This document shows positions 12,801 through 23,600 of a stretch of DNA of 47,225 nt, in pieces (the first letter of the stretch is position 1; each line of letters opens with the position of its first letter). Where the stretch lies: assembly GCA_003971905.1 (NCBI GenBank), contig RSEE01000021.1, positions 744,001 to 791,225 of the forward strand, in the 5' to 3' direction. Both the position numbers and the translations under genes were made by a program. The notes under the pieces were generated by a model. It had not been told where the DNA came from. It ran no database searches and was given only the letters and a program-made list of their open reading frames with translations. This stretch comes from Moniliella sp. 'wahieum' (taxonomy: Eukaryota).

Positions 12801-15656
12801 TCAGTACTACTGCCGCACTCCCAGCGATAGAGATAATGATGGCCAATAAGCATCCCGGCCACGCGTGCCGGAGCAGTTGGCACCGTTTGAGAAACTGGGC
12901 CCAGGCCAGACAAGTGTGCTGACTGGCCGTCCATCTTAGTTCAAAATGGTGCTTCTCGCCCTGCTCGATCGAAAGAGCAGCAATGGAACCTATTACATCC
13001 TTCTCGCCCGGGTCAGTCTCGTCGCCCGAATCCTGCTTGCTAGGGCTGCTTCGTGGCTCATCTTCCGCGTGCTCCACGTGCTCCGAGTCGCTCGACAACG
13101 TAAGGAACACATCTTCCATCGTAGCGCCCGAACCATGGTATCGACGAGCTGGCGCGCGCGGCGCGCTTCTTCCAACGCCCATCGAGAGGGGAGCGACCCG
13201 CGCGCGCTCCGTAGTGGGCACAACAAAGGACAAACGTGGTATCGGTCGGGATCGGCACCGAGCGAGCTGGTACTGCAGCAGGTAGATAGTGAGCACCTTT
13301 TCACTATGGGGTCTGGATCGCCAGTCTGGGGTCAGGGTGTAGCGCGCACGTGCACCCCACGACCCAAGGTGGACCGGAGGCGACGGGCGATCCTTGAGCG
13401 AGCAAACGGCCTGGCGCACCGAGGATCATCACCTGGTCCGCTAAGTAGTCCACGTCGAGGAAATGGGTTGTGTAGAGGATAGTGCGGTGGTGGTGTTCGC
13501 GAAGGAGGATGCGCCAGAGCGAGCGACGCGAAATAGGGTCCAACCCGTACACGCTTCGTCCACCACGACCAGGGGCGAGGCGCCAACGAGCGCAGTGGCA
13601 AGTGAGAGTTTACGTTGTTGGCCGCCGCTGAGGTGGTGGGGCCGCGTGGTGGCCTTGGACAGCAGCCCGCATCGGCGTAGAAAGCTATCCGTAGCAGGAT
13701 CTGCAAACAATCTCCGCGGCCTGGGCCTGTGGTGGCGGACAGGCCAGGCAGGTAACAGTCCACCCAAGCAGTCAGCAGGGACGGTGCAGCGCCGCCTTTG
13801 AGCCAGCCAAATACGCCACATGGTCTCGGACGGTCAAGTCGGGCCAGAAAAAGTTTTGCTGGGGACAAATCCGATCGTACCGGGAAGATCACTGGGCCGC
13901 CTGCCCAAACACGTACCTCGCCCGAGGTGGGAGCGGTCAAGCCGACAACCATGTGACGCAGGTCGTCTTGCCCGACCCATTTCGTCCGAGGAGCACGGTG
14001 ATGCCCGGTCGTGCGACCGTCAAGGAACAGTCGTCCATGGCGACCGAGTCGGGACGCTTGGTATATTGCTTGCTACATGCGATAATGAGATGGCCACAGT
14101 CGGATCGACATCTCCTTCTTCTACCTTGCGCGAGCGACCCATGGCCAGAGCCAGTAGATGACCTTATCAGGGTTAAAACATGATCCGCTCCACCAGCATC
14201 GCCAAGAAAAAGTACACCAGGATCGAAGCAATGGCTGCAGAGAACCGAGAACATAGTCAGTTACCCAACTCCACAAAACCGGACCCGGCCTGGACAGGGG
14301 CTGCGCAGGGAGGGGGGGAGGGGGTGGCAGGGCAACGTACCACCAACATGATTGCCAAAGGCGGGGCCGCGACGGGCCACCATTCCGGTCTGCCGGGGGA
14401 CGCTGGAGACGTTAGCAGGGCGGTAGCCATCTCCCAGAGATTGACCGTGATGAAAAAGTAAATGATGCCCAGGGGGGGAAAAGGAAGCGAGAAAGACCAT
14501 GGGTCCCTGGGCAATGTTATCGGGGGAAAAGGAAATGAGAGCCAAGATGGCGAGTACAATGTCGATGATGGTCACTACGATAGCGGAGCGAGTGGAATGG
14601 CGGAAAAACGATGCAAGGAAAAGGGGAACGTGGCAAGGCTACTCCTTGGAGTAAGAACCCATAAGCGGAACTGCAGCTGACGTTCGTGTCCATAGTTTCA
14701 GCTTCATCATCATGCCCATCAACAGGTAGGCAGGTACGTAGGCCAACGGTGGACCGGCGAGCCAACTGGCCATGCGTGATACCTGGTTGCATCCGAGCGA
14801 CAGGAGCAGGTCGGACATTCCGCGCGCTCGTTCGAGGAAACGTCGGTGGCTAGGTGGTAGGGGATACCGAGGAACCAACAAAGAAGGCGAGGACAACCAC
14901 TTGGTTCATGCCGCGCAGAAAGGAGACGCGCGTGCTCTGGTGCCGCTCGTTATTGGTCTGGTGGGAGAATTGAGCTCGCGGGGGAAAGTAACTGGGACGC
15001 CTGGGGGGTCAATCCGCTGAGCTGCAATATGGCCTGGTCCAGAGCGAGCTGGAGTGGCAAAATGTACAGTTGCACGTCACTTGATCCGGTGCGGGTGCGG
15101 ACGCGCTTCCGGCCTGGGTCAAAGCGGAGAGTTAGTTGACATGGAGCGCTCCGTCGGGGGCAGTGGTGATGTGGTTGAAGACGACGGCACCAAAGCAGGG
15201 GCTGTAGCCGTTGTAGGACTGGGGCGGAAGGAGACATTAGCAATGGTGTCCATGCGCTGCACGCGTGTCTGGAGCGCGGGCGGGAGGGGGGAGCAGGGTG
15301 TGGATGATGTTCTCTGCCGAGGGAGCTGTGGCATTGGACTGGTCCACCCAGTAGAGCACCTTGCCCGAGCGCGCCAGCGCGTCGTCCAGCGGCCGAATGG
15401 CGCGGGGGAGCCCAGCCCCAAGTCCTGAGACGAGGCGAGGAAGTCCTGGGTGTAGGCGAGGAAGATGTAGTAGGCTACGGGATGAGCAAGCAGCGCAGCA
15501 GGTTGGTCTGGGCACCGTCAGTATTCGAAAGGAAGCAGCACTCGCGACGCAGTCGACGACGTACCCGCCACGCGTGCCGGAGCACGAGCCAGTTCTTGAT
15601 GGTCAGCGCGCGGAACTGAGCCAGGCCAGGCGGCGCGGCTCAGCAGCGGCCCGCAT
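9898..15656 (-). CDS. ABCA-subfamily full-size ABC transporter, heavily frameshifted (assembly errors or pseudogene)
   Basis: N-terminal QFRALTIKNWLVLRH followed by a GTACGT...CTGAC...CAG intron. NBD1: Walker A LLGRNGSGKTT, LSGGQQRKLSLA, VVVDEA, GLDPISRRSLW, YTTHFLD and TMEDVFL. NBD2: AVDDVSLGVPQGETLAL and LSGGAKRRLMLAIALLGNPHVILLDE. The C-terminal GITDYNVQPITLESIFL precedes the stop at 9898. Confidence 0.88.
10101..10205. repeat. (AGAGGC)n hexamer microsatellite inside the 3' part of the ABCA gene
   Basis: Direct inspection; poly(SA) in the frame that ends the ABCA protein. Confidence 0.9.
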
Positions 15657-16968
15657 CGTGGTGGGAGGGGGCCGGAAGGGGGGCGATGGCATGGGGCGGA
15701 TGGAGGCGGCGATGGCGTCGAGGGATGGGATGGGCAGAAGATTGTCGCCGGTCTGCCCCCAGGCGGTGCTGAGCGCGCTGAGACGCATGGTTTGAGATAA
15801 AGCATGCAGATAATGGCGCTCCGCCCGAGGTGGCGCCAATTCCGCCGGGTTGCCACATGGCCGCTCTTGTCAACACTGCCACGACATGGCCCATCGACCG
15901 CGTCTGTTGAGCGCCCAGTGCCTCCTTCCCCTGCCCGACTCGCCCCTCCAGGTTATCCATCGCCCGAGCAGCTGGTCGCATGGGCTGCATACGCGGGCTG
16001 GTGGTGTACCAAAAGGCATTCTGCCCACGGCATATTCCCCTTCTGTTCAACTACGTCCACCACACCCCCGCAGCTGGATTATTCACTTCGCTGCAACAAG
16101 TACTGTCACCGACAAACGAGTGACTTGGTCACGTGCGATCGGTATCTGACAGTGCGAGGTTCTTCGTAGTCGGCTGTCCATCTCTCCTGCGCACAGGCCA
16201 CCGACGGCCCACGCAATGACGCCATGCATTGCGACGCGCACAGACACCGCAGGGGGCAGAGCTTGTCCAAGACCCATCGTCACGCGTTCATTAACGTTCG
16301 TCGACGTCGTTCAGCGCCGTCACGGCATCACCCACCGCATTCGTCATCTGGTGGGTTGGGCGAGATGAGTGCGGCGAATGCATTCCATTCGAGGGGTCGT
16401 CTATGTGGGGCAGGCGGGGCTGGGGCGCCCACAGCCCTCAACGTTGCCTGCCTGGGTCGAAGCTCGAAGCTTCAAGTCAAGCTTGGACGCACAATCCAGC
16501 CGTCCGCCGTGTCGCGGAAATGGGCGAGGGCGGCACGAGGCCTGCGGAGAGAATGTTTGGTCAATGAGGTAATGAGGCCGAGGCTGACCGAAGCACGGAT
16601 ATTGTAAGGATGATGGATGGGGCCGCTGGGCTGCGCTGGGGGGGCACGTTGCGGCCGTAAGCGCAGTCCAAAGCGCCGCGCCACCCGATGGCGCATCCAC
16701 CGACAGCGGACCAAAACAGCCGACAATGCAGCTGCTCAGCCACTCAGCTCCAGCTCACCACCGCCCACTGCTGGTCGCGCACGTGCCTCAGGCTGGGGGG
16801 GGGGGGGCTGCTCGGGCTGCGCCTGGGGGGTTAGCGGTTGGCACCCAGTACCCAGTGGGCTGTCTAGGGGGTGGCCTGGGCGTTATGCGTGTGGCTTATG
16901 TCCGAAGAGCGGTGTGGCGTCCCTCGTCCTCAGCAGCACGGCGTGTGCTCAACAGACGTGCACCCCCC

Positions 16969-16978
16969 ATATATATAG
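16969..16978 (+). promoter_or_regulatory. Putative TATA box of the dehydrogenase gene
   Basis: ATATATATAG in GC-rich context, about 80 nt upstream of ATG 17058. Confidence 0.5.
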
Positions 16979-17057
16979 CCCAAGCCTGCTCGCCCCTCCC
17001 CTGCTCCTTCCCCAAACACCTTCCCACCCCCCCGCACTCCACCTCCTCCACAACACT

Positions 17058-18111
17058 ATGACATCCATCCCCACCACACGCACCGCCTGGGTGCCCGCCG
17101 GCCGAGCAACGCACAGGCTACCACATTGACGCGCAAGGAGCTGCCGCTTCCCCCGCTCGGGGAGAGGATGTACTGGTTAAGGTGCATGCCACCAGTCTCA
17201 CTACCGCGACCTTATCATGGCCAACAACACCTATCCTGGCGGCAACAAAGTGAGCTGGTGCCCGTGTCCGATGGGGCAGGGCAGGTGGTGGCAGTGGGAC
17301 CCAAGGTGACCGCATGGAAGAGCGGGGACAAGGTTCTGGGGCTGTTTACACGGGACCATCTCAAGGGCAACTTTCCTACGCTCGAAGAGCGCGCGACAGG
17401 GGCCGGGTCAGATTGATGGATGGTTGGCTTCGCATGTCATCTACCCTGCGCATGGTCTGTCGCCTTGCCCCCCCCACCTGTCGTACGAGGAAGGCGCTAC
17501 ACTGCCCTGTGCAGCTTGTGACGGCATACAAGCTTTGGTGGGCTTGCCGGGCTTTGAAGCTGGCGCGGGAGACGGTGTGATCGTAGAGGGCCGGAGTGAG
17601 TGAGTGTGTTTGCACTGCAATTGGCCATTGCTTCGGGTGCCAAGGTGGTTTGACCAGTAGCAGCGATGCCAAGTTGGCCAAGGCGCTCACGTTTGTTCCC
17701 GAGTATGCGCGGCACCGTGTGCATACCATCAACTACACCAAGACTCCCGAGTGGGGCCCCGTGGCGGTGGAAAAGCTAGGGCCCGCGCTAAGGTAGTGGT
17801 GGGAAGTGGGGGGATAAGACGCTGGGAGAGGCCTACAAGGCCATTGCTCCCGTGGTGTGATTTCCTCGATTGGCTTTGTCGCCGGCCCTACCGCATCGGT
17901 CAATGCGTCGCTGCTGTCCATCCACACCGCTTCCATCCTCCGGGTATTCTGATCGGATCGCGCGAACTGTTTGAACGGCTCAACAGTGTCCTGGAAGTCA
18001 ACGAGATCCACCCTCATTGACAAGGTGTTTGAATTTGATCAGGCTCGCGAGGCGTACGCTCATCTGGAGAGCCAGAAGCACTTGGGCAAGGTGGTTATCC
18101 GTGTCGCTTAA
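17058..18111 (+). CDS. Medium-chain dehydrogenase/reductase (zinc-type alcohol dehydrogenase-like / NADPH quinone oxidoreductase), frameshifted
   Basis: LVPVSDGAGQVVAVGPKVTAWKSGDKV, TSSSDAKL, INYTKTPEW, GILIGSRELFERL and IDKVFEFDQAREAYAHLESQKHLGKVVIRVA-stop are typical of fungal MDR proteins. Confidence 0.88.
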
Positions 18112-18597
18112 GGCACCTGTGTGTGAGAACAATATATTCTTTGCGAGCCCAATCTGTCGGGCCGCGGCTAGCAGCCCACCAAATGATGTAAAACGTGCGT
18201 ACAACAATTCTTACCTGGTCCTTTGGTCCATCAACGCATGTGGAGAAGCCAGCAGAAGCAGGCAAACTGATGTTGTCGTAGCAGATACGTACGTGCTCAC
18301 GTTCAGATGCCAGTACCTTAAAACTCTAAAGCTGCATATACGTTGGCTATCGAGTGATCGAAGTTATCCCTGCTGTCTCATATGTTTCTGTAACCGTAAG
18401 CGGCAACCCCTGCCGTTGCGACGTCTCGCCAACGACTCGGTCGAGATGAAACTCATTTCCGCGTTAGCGCTGATTAGCGGCCAATTATCTTTCTCAATCC
18501 TTGTGTTCTGTGATGTTGTGGAGATACAATATTTCCCGGGACAGACGCTGTGCGACGCTGGCATTAGGCCAGTGCTCTGGGCGCCCACCTGAGACGC

Positions 18598-19064
18598 GAG
18601 CACAAGGGTCCACGTCTCATTCTGAAGGAGGCACCAGGTACCAGTCCTGCTCGGCCCCAGAATGACTAACGAGGAGTGAGCACACAGATACAGTTTTCTG
18701 AATGAGGGAGGCACCAGGTCACGGTGAGGCTCGTGTATAGAATGACTAACTAGTCGGAAGCACACAGGTCCAGTCCTCGCTCCTCCGATGGAGGCGCCAG
18801 AGGGCAGCTCCGCTCGGTTGTACAATGACTAAGGACGCGTGAGCACAAGAGACTCTCTCTGTGGGAAGCACCAGCACACAGACCAGCTCGGTAGTACTGA
18901 TCACTGTCAGAACGAGGGCACGAGGCTGTAGCGCCGCTCCGCTGAAGAATTACTAACTATAAGCGGGGCAGCCAGGGTCCAGCGGTCTATTAGACAACCG
19001 AGGGCACGCGGCAGCTGTCCCGCTTGGCGAAAGAGTACCTCACTAAGCGGTCTAGCCCACAGGG
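18598..19064. repeat. Degenerate tandem array of about 6 units (50-86 bp) with conserved blocks separated by variable spacers
   Basis: GCACCAG-like anchors at 18631, 18711, 18794, 18868, 18918 and 19004. Each is followed by exactly 11 variable nt, GCTC(GG), about 4 variable nt, an AGAATGACTAAC-like block, about 8-10 variable nt and an AGCACACAG-like block. Confidence 0.8.
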
Positions 19065-19204
19065 TATACATATACGAGCTCTCACCTTCCGTCCGCAGAC
19101 CCATTTTCTGCAATCTTCCCAGGTCCTGGATCGCCTGCTCCGCCGCGCCGGGCCAGCGGGTTGAAGGAAGCTCTTGATGCAGAGCAAGACCACTTCTCCC
19201 GCCC

Positions 19205-19855
19205 ACCTTCGTCCGGATGGCCGTAGTGATCAGAAGAGAGCACTTGTCCGGGGAAAGGTTTTGACTTTTTGCTAAACAACTGCATCGATAAGACCGTTGG
19301 CGAGAGGTACATGTCGCCAACCTCCACTTTTCTGTCTTTCAGGACCTTGTCAAGAGCTCCCAGGAGACGAGTAAACGTCTCGTCGCACAACTGTTCAAAG
19401 TGTGCCGGTGATGGCGCATTGGAAGTCGATGTCGTCAAAAGAGAGTCAAGTTCGATCATCGCATGGGTGGAGGAAGGGAGGGTGCACTTCACTTGTTCGC
19501 ATGCAACGCGGGACGGCGAGAGATCACGCACCAATTGGGGGCTTCTTGTGGCGTTTTCTTTGGAACATGATGGTAAAGCAATGCTCGACAAGACAGGTGT
19601 CAAAGTCGTCGCCGCCGAGGTGGGTGTCACCGTTGCTGGCCAACACGCATCTTGAGCAACACCATGATTGAGTACTGCTCGGGGGTGAACTTCTTGGTCT
19701 GGCCCGTGAACTCGGATTCGTCCATAAGCCCGGGTCGACGTCAATCAGTTGGAAGGGCGACTGCTGGTCGTTGGGAATGCCCGTCGCCTGGTCGTTCTCC
19801 CAGACAGCCACGCACGAGGACGTGCCGAGAGAGCGATGCCGATTGATTTGATCAT
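19205..19855 (-). pseudogene. Truncated, internally deleted cytosolic Hsp70 (ATPase-domain fragments)
   Basis: Successive fragments: MIKSIGI / LGTSSCVAVWENDQ...IPNDQ, EFTGQTKKFTPEQYSIMVLLKMR, ASNGDTHLGGDDFDTCLV, ACEQVKCTLPSSTHAMIELDSL, AHFEQLCDETF...LDKVLKD and HPDEG. They are collinear with Hsp70 but have long gaps and no substrate-binding domain. Confidence 0.85.
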
Positions 19856-20645
19856 GGAAGGGGGGGGGGGCAGGAGGGGGAAGGAGGGGAAGGAGGGGGA
19901 TTGAATAGTGAGGCCTGAGGGGGAGTGCCAGTGCTGTGTGGGAGTGCGCGGCGAGACGCACCTGCTGGTTAAACGTTAAACGATAACAGTTGATGCATGT
20001 TGATGGCTGCGTCCGAGGAGCGCAGCAGGGCAGTCGTGCTGCTAGACACTGTTGCCGCAGTGGCTGCGGGATTATAAAGTGACATACCCCCTTCGTCTCA
20101 GGGGCGCGGGACCTAAAAAGCATAGGCGGATGGAGAGCCCCTTGTGGGGGCAGCGAAAGGGCGTGTCTCGGGACACACTCAATAACAAACAGGGCAAAGC
20201 GATCGAGGAAGCAACCACGAACAGGCGAGTGTACATTTGAAGTACGCATGTTTTCTTAGCAGGCAGGTCACGTAGTATTATCCTAAGTTGCACTCTCAGA
20301 ATGCTCGCTCTCTGGTTGGCTTCGGCTGCCTGGAAGTTCTTTCCGTTGTCAATTCCTTTTGCAACCCGTTTTTTTTCTGGGTTTTTGGTGTACTGGTTAG
20401 ACCTTTGGGGCGCTACACGAGTCATCTTGTAGTCACTGTCCCCGCGTCATCATGTGCAGTTAATAGGCCTTAGGTCTTAGGTCTTATATAGGCGTCGATT
20501 CGATGAGCCACGCCTGTGTTGTGTGAGTGACGTCTTATGGCGGAGACTCTACTACCCCGCATCGGTGTCCGTATAAAGTGTACCTCTATAAGTATCGTGT
20601 CGGCGACATCAAAATGGCACAACAACCTCTGCACTGAGAATCTCC

Positions 20646-21371
20646 ATGCACACCACCGTCTTCACTCCCGTTCCTATCGCCCGTCTTGACGCCCGCAGTT
20701 ACTATCCCCCCCGCCTTCCGCCCCCGAATGCCCCGACCGCCGAATATGAATATTGGAGATGACCTGCCGTGCGAAGGGTACAGGCTGCACGACATGGCCG
20801 CCGACCTTGCCGTTCCGAACCGAAACATGCTCCTCCACGTCTCAATGGCCTCGGTGCGATGGCGGACCAATGCGAGTTTTTACTTGAGACGAACACGTGC
20901 AATCCTATGGTCCGTCCCATTTCTTCCCAAGCCGGAGAAGCAAGACGTGATGGCCCTCCAGTTTGAGGCCAGGAAGCTCATGGGTATGCCGGATTGCCCA
21001 GGGCGAACGACGCTCAATGATGGTGCATAGCAGGTTCAAAACGGACAGGTCGGTGGGTCACCCCCGACGTCCAAACATCAGAGGTTAAGTTGAGACGGCG
21101 AATGGTCAGTACGGATGGTGCCCGCGCTCCACCAAGTCCGAACGGATCTGAGCTCTGTGAACGGTGCATTGTACTCCTGAATCAGCCTTTGAGGAGAGCT
21201 GATGGGATTTTGGATTGGTCCAGGATTGAGGTCCCGCCACTAGCGCACTGTTCGAAGAACGTCGGGGCACCACCAATTCTGGACGGAGCTGAGAATGAAT
21301 GGTGGCGCATCGTGCCCCATGCAGTCCTCTTTCAGATGCGCCCTGGCGGTGTGCAAGGCAGTGGACAGTGA
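20646..21371 (+). other. Possible orphan coding region of unknown function, broken into 2-3 frames
   Basis: TATAAAG at ~20572 and TATAAG at ~20587 upstream. ORFs 20686..21030 and 21090..21371 have ordinary globular-protein composition. No family recognised. Confidence 0.3.
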
Positions 21372-21699
21372 CTAGTGATGGAGATTGTGCGTGTGGCGCT
21401 GGACGTCGTCATGGCCATGTGCAACCTGATGATGGCGCGCATCGGAAAGCATGCCATCCATGCCATCACATGCTATCACTTTCCAGTCCACCCTTCCTTA
21501 TTCTGACCCGCTCTTGCACCAGCCGCTTGCCCTTCACCACTGCGTCGCTCTCCCCTATAATTACCCCCATCTCAACGCTCGTCACGGGCATGCTCAAGCT
21601 CGAGTTGTCCATGTGCAAGTACAACGTGGTGCTCTGTCTGACGGTCGCGTCCAGGCTTGCGCTCGCCCGGTGGCAACTTGGTTCAACCTCGTGTCAGGC

Positions 21700-22005
21700 G
21701 TCTCCAAGCTTGTGCCAGCCATGTCCAACCCTGTGCTTGTCATGTGCTTGTGCCCACCGTTTTTAAGATTGTGCCCGCCATCAACAAGCATTTGCCTACC
21801 GCCTCCATGCTTGCGCTCGCCATCCCCAAGCCCGTGCTCACCATCAAGCCTGTACTCATCATCCCCAAGCCTGTGCTCGCCATCTTTAAGACTGTGTTCG
21901 GCACCAAGCTTGTGCTCGCCATCAAACCTGTGCTCGTTGTCCCCCAGCCTGCGCTCTCCATCCCCAAGCTTGTACTCGCCCCCGAGCCTGTGCTCCCCAT
22001 CTTCC
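21700..22005. repeat. 18/21-bp frame-preserving minisatellite (consensus AAGCCTGTGCTCGCCATC[CCC]); about 10 good units plus degenerate ones
   Basis: Direct inspection; several reading frames on both strands stay open across it. Confidence 0.85.
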
Positions 22006-22199
22006 ACATCAAGCATGTATAGGAACATAGTAATGCATATCATCATTCAGCCTATCTCTCCGTCCACTCTAGTCTGTTGGGAACATGCACGAAGCATCTG
22101 AGCGCCTGTCATAGATGTTGAAGCGGATAATGACTGTGACGGTCGTGGGTCTTTGAGGCGAACATAAAGACTGTCCCAGTTGGTCCAGGGCACCACGGC

Positions 22200-23600
22200 A
22201 TGCACTTTGAGAAATGATCAACAGGGGTACCTCAGCAAGATCAACGGTGTTCAAACGAAACAGCAGCACGACTATCGGATGGTATCAATGCGATGTTTAA
22301 TACAATTGTCGATGCTGTGTGAAGAGCAACCGTACATAGTTGTTGGGGCATGTGAACTAGTAGGAGTTTACCAGCACCTTACATACATGTTTCGAGGCAC
22401 CGTATGACGAACATTAGATATGTTTGAGCTGGCAATCATATGGCGTTTGATAGCTCTTCTACCACGGTTAACAGCGAATCTTGTAGATGTTTGCAGGCTG
22501 CTGTGTATGCCCGACGTGGCGAGATGTTCAAGAGAGTACTGTCACCACTCTGGCAGTTCATCAGTAGAGGAACAACACCGACTGTCATGGATGTTTCAGC
22601 GCCTCATCGGGGCATCCGTGGGAGCTCTTTCGACGGATCAAAAGTACGATTGTCGAAACTGTTTTAAGGGACATAGACCACATGTTGAGCGACAATGAGC
22701 AGCAGTACATCGTTCCTGACGTGAATGTTAGGACGTACAATGTACTACTCAGTATTGCGTGTTAGGTCAGCATTTATAACGGGTGGTAGCGCATACTGTT
22801 CAGACGTGTACCAGCAAGTAGCATGCATGTTTTATGGCAGATTGTGGGCGACTCTGATGGATGTCGACACCGCTACCATCATGGTGTGGTTGGTAAACAA
22901 TCATCGGCTGTTCCACCGTAACATCAGGTGAGGATTGAGTGCGCATGATGCCAACATTGGACGTTGATCGCACGGATCACAACAGATGGTTTCCGACCCG
23001 TGCAAGGGCAGTATGACAGTGAATATCATCACAGCAACAAGGGCAGTTGTCCATAATGGATTGCAAATGTTGTGGTACATGATGCATACAACCATCACGT
23101 TAACACGGACAGATATCAACAGATGGATGAACATTGAAGTATAACCAGCATTTCTCTGACGTTACAGGAGAATATTCCCTTCGTAGATGCTTAGTATGCG
23201 CAGCGTATTCGTCCATCATTCGTAACAGTAATGACAAGTACCATTGCAACCTGACGCCAATGTTCATCCTGATATGAACAGGAGCTGGCGGATGGTAATG
23301 CAACAGAGCACAACCGCTCTCGTTCACAATAGTCTCAAGGAAACAGTATGTGGCCAGCGTTGAAATGCCGTTGAGCAGGATGAGAATGAAGCAGACCGAA
23401 CAGCATGTCCGTGCGACGGGGGTGCGCAAATACCATCCCAAATCATTGCGATCAAATATCGAAGATCGCCACCTCGAGCGGACAGCAAGGGCTTGGTTGC
23501 AGGTATCATCAACACGATAAGATCTATGTCCTAGATGAACGGGCCATGCGATTTGTTTTTCACTCGTTGCTCGCATTGACGATGAAAGAGGCAGATCGCA
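22200..23600 (+). pseudogene. Decayed, lower-GC coding-like remnant with weak PPR-like motifs
   Basis: Fragments MFNTIVDA, YARRGE...SRGTTPTV / MFQRLIGA, IVPDVNVRTYNVLLSIA and AAYSSII, interrupted by stops and frameshifts. The resemblance is by eye only. Confidence 0.25.

Noticed and set aside
5436..18111. OPT + ABCA + dehydrogenase as a secondary-metabolite cluster
   Set aside because: No backbone enzyme (NRPS, PKS, terpene synthase or credible RiPP precursor) is visible in the window.
18598..19064. CRISPR array call for the block/spacer repeat
   Set aside because: Repeats are degenerate and split into short blocks, spacers are very short, no cas genes are present and the context is eukaryotic. 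Kept as an unexplained array instead.
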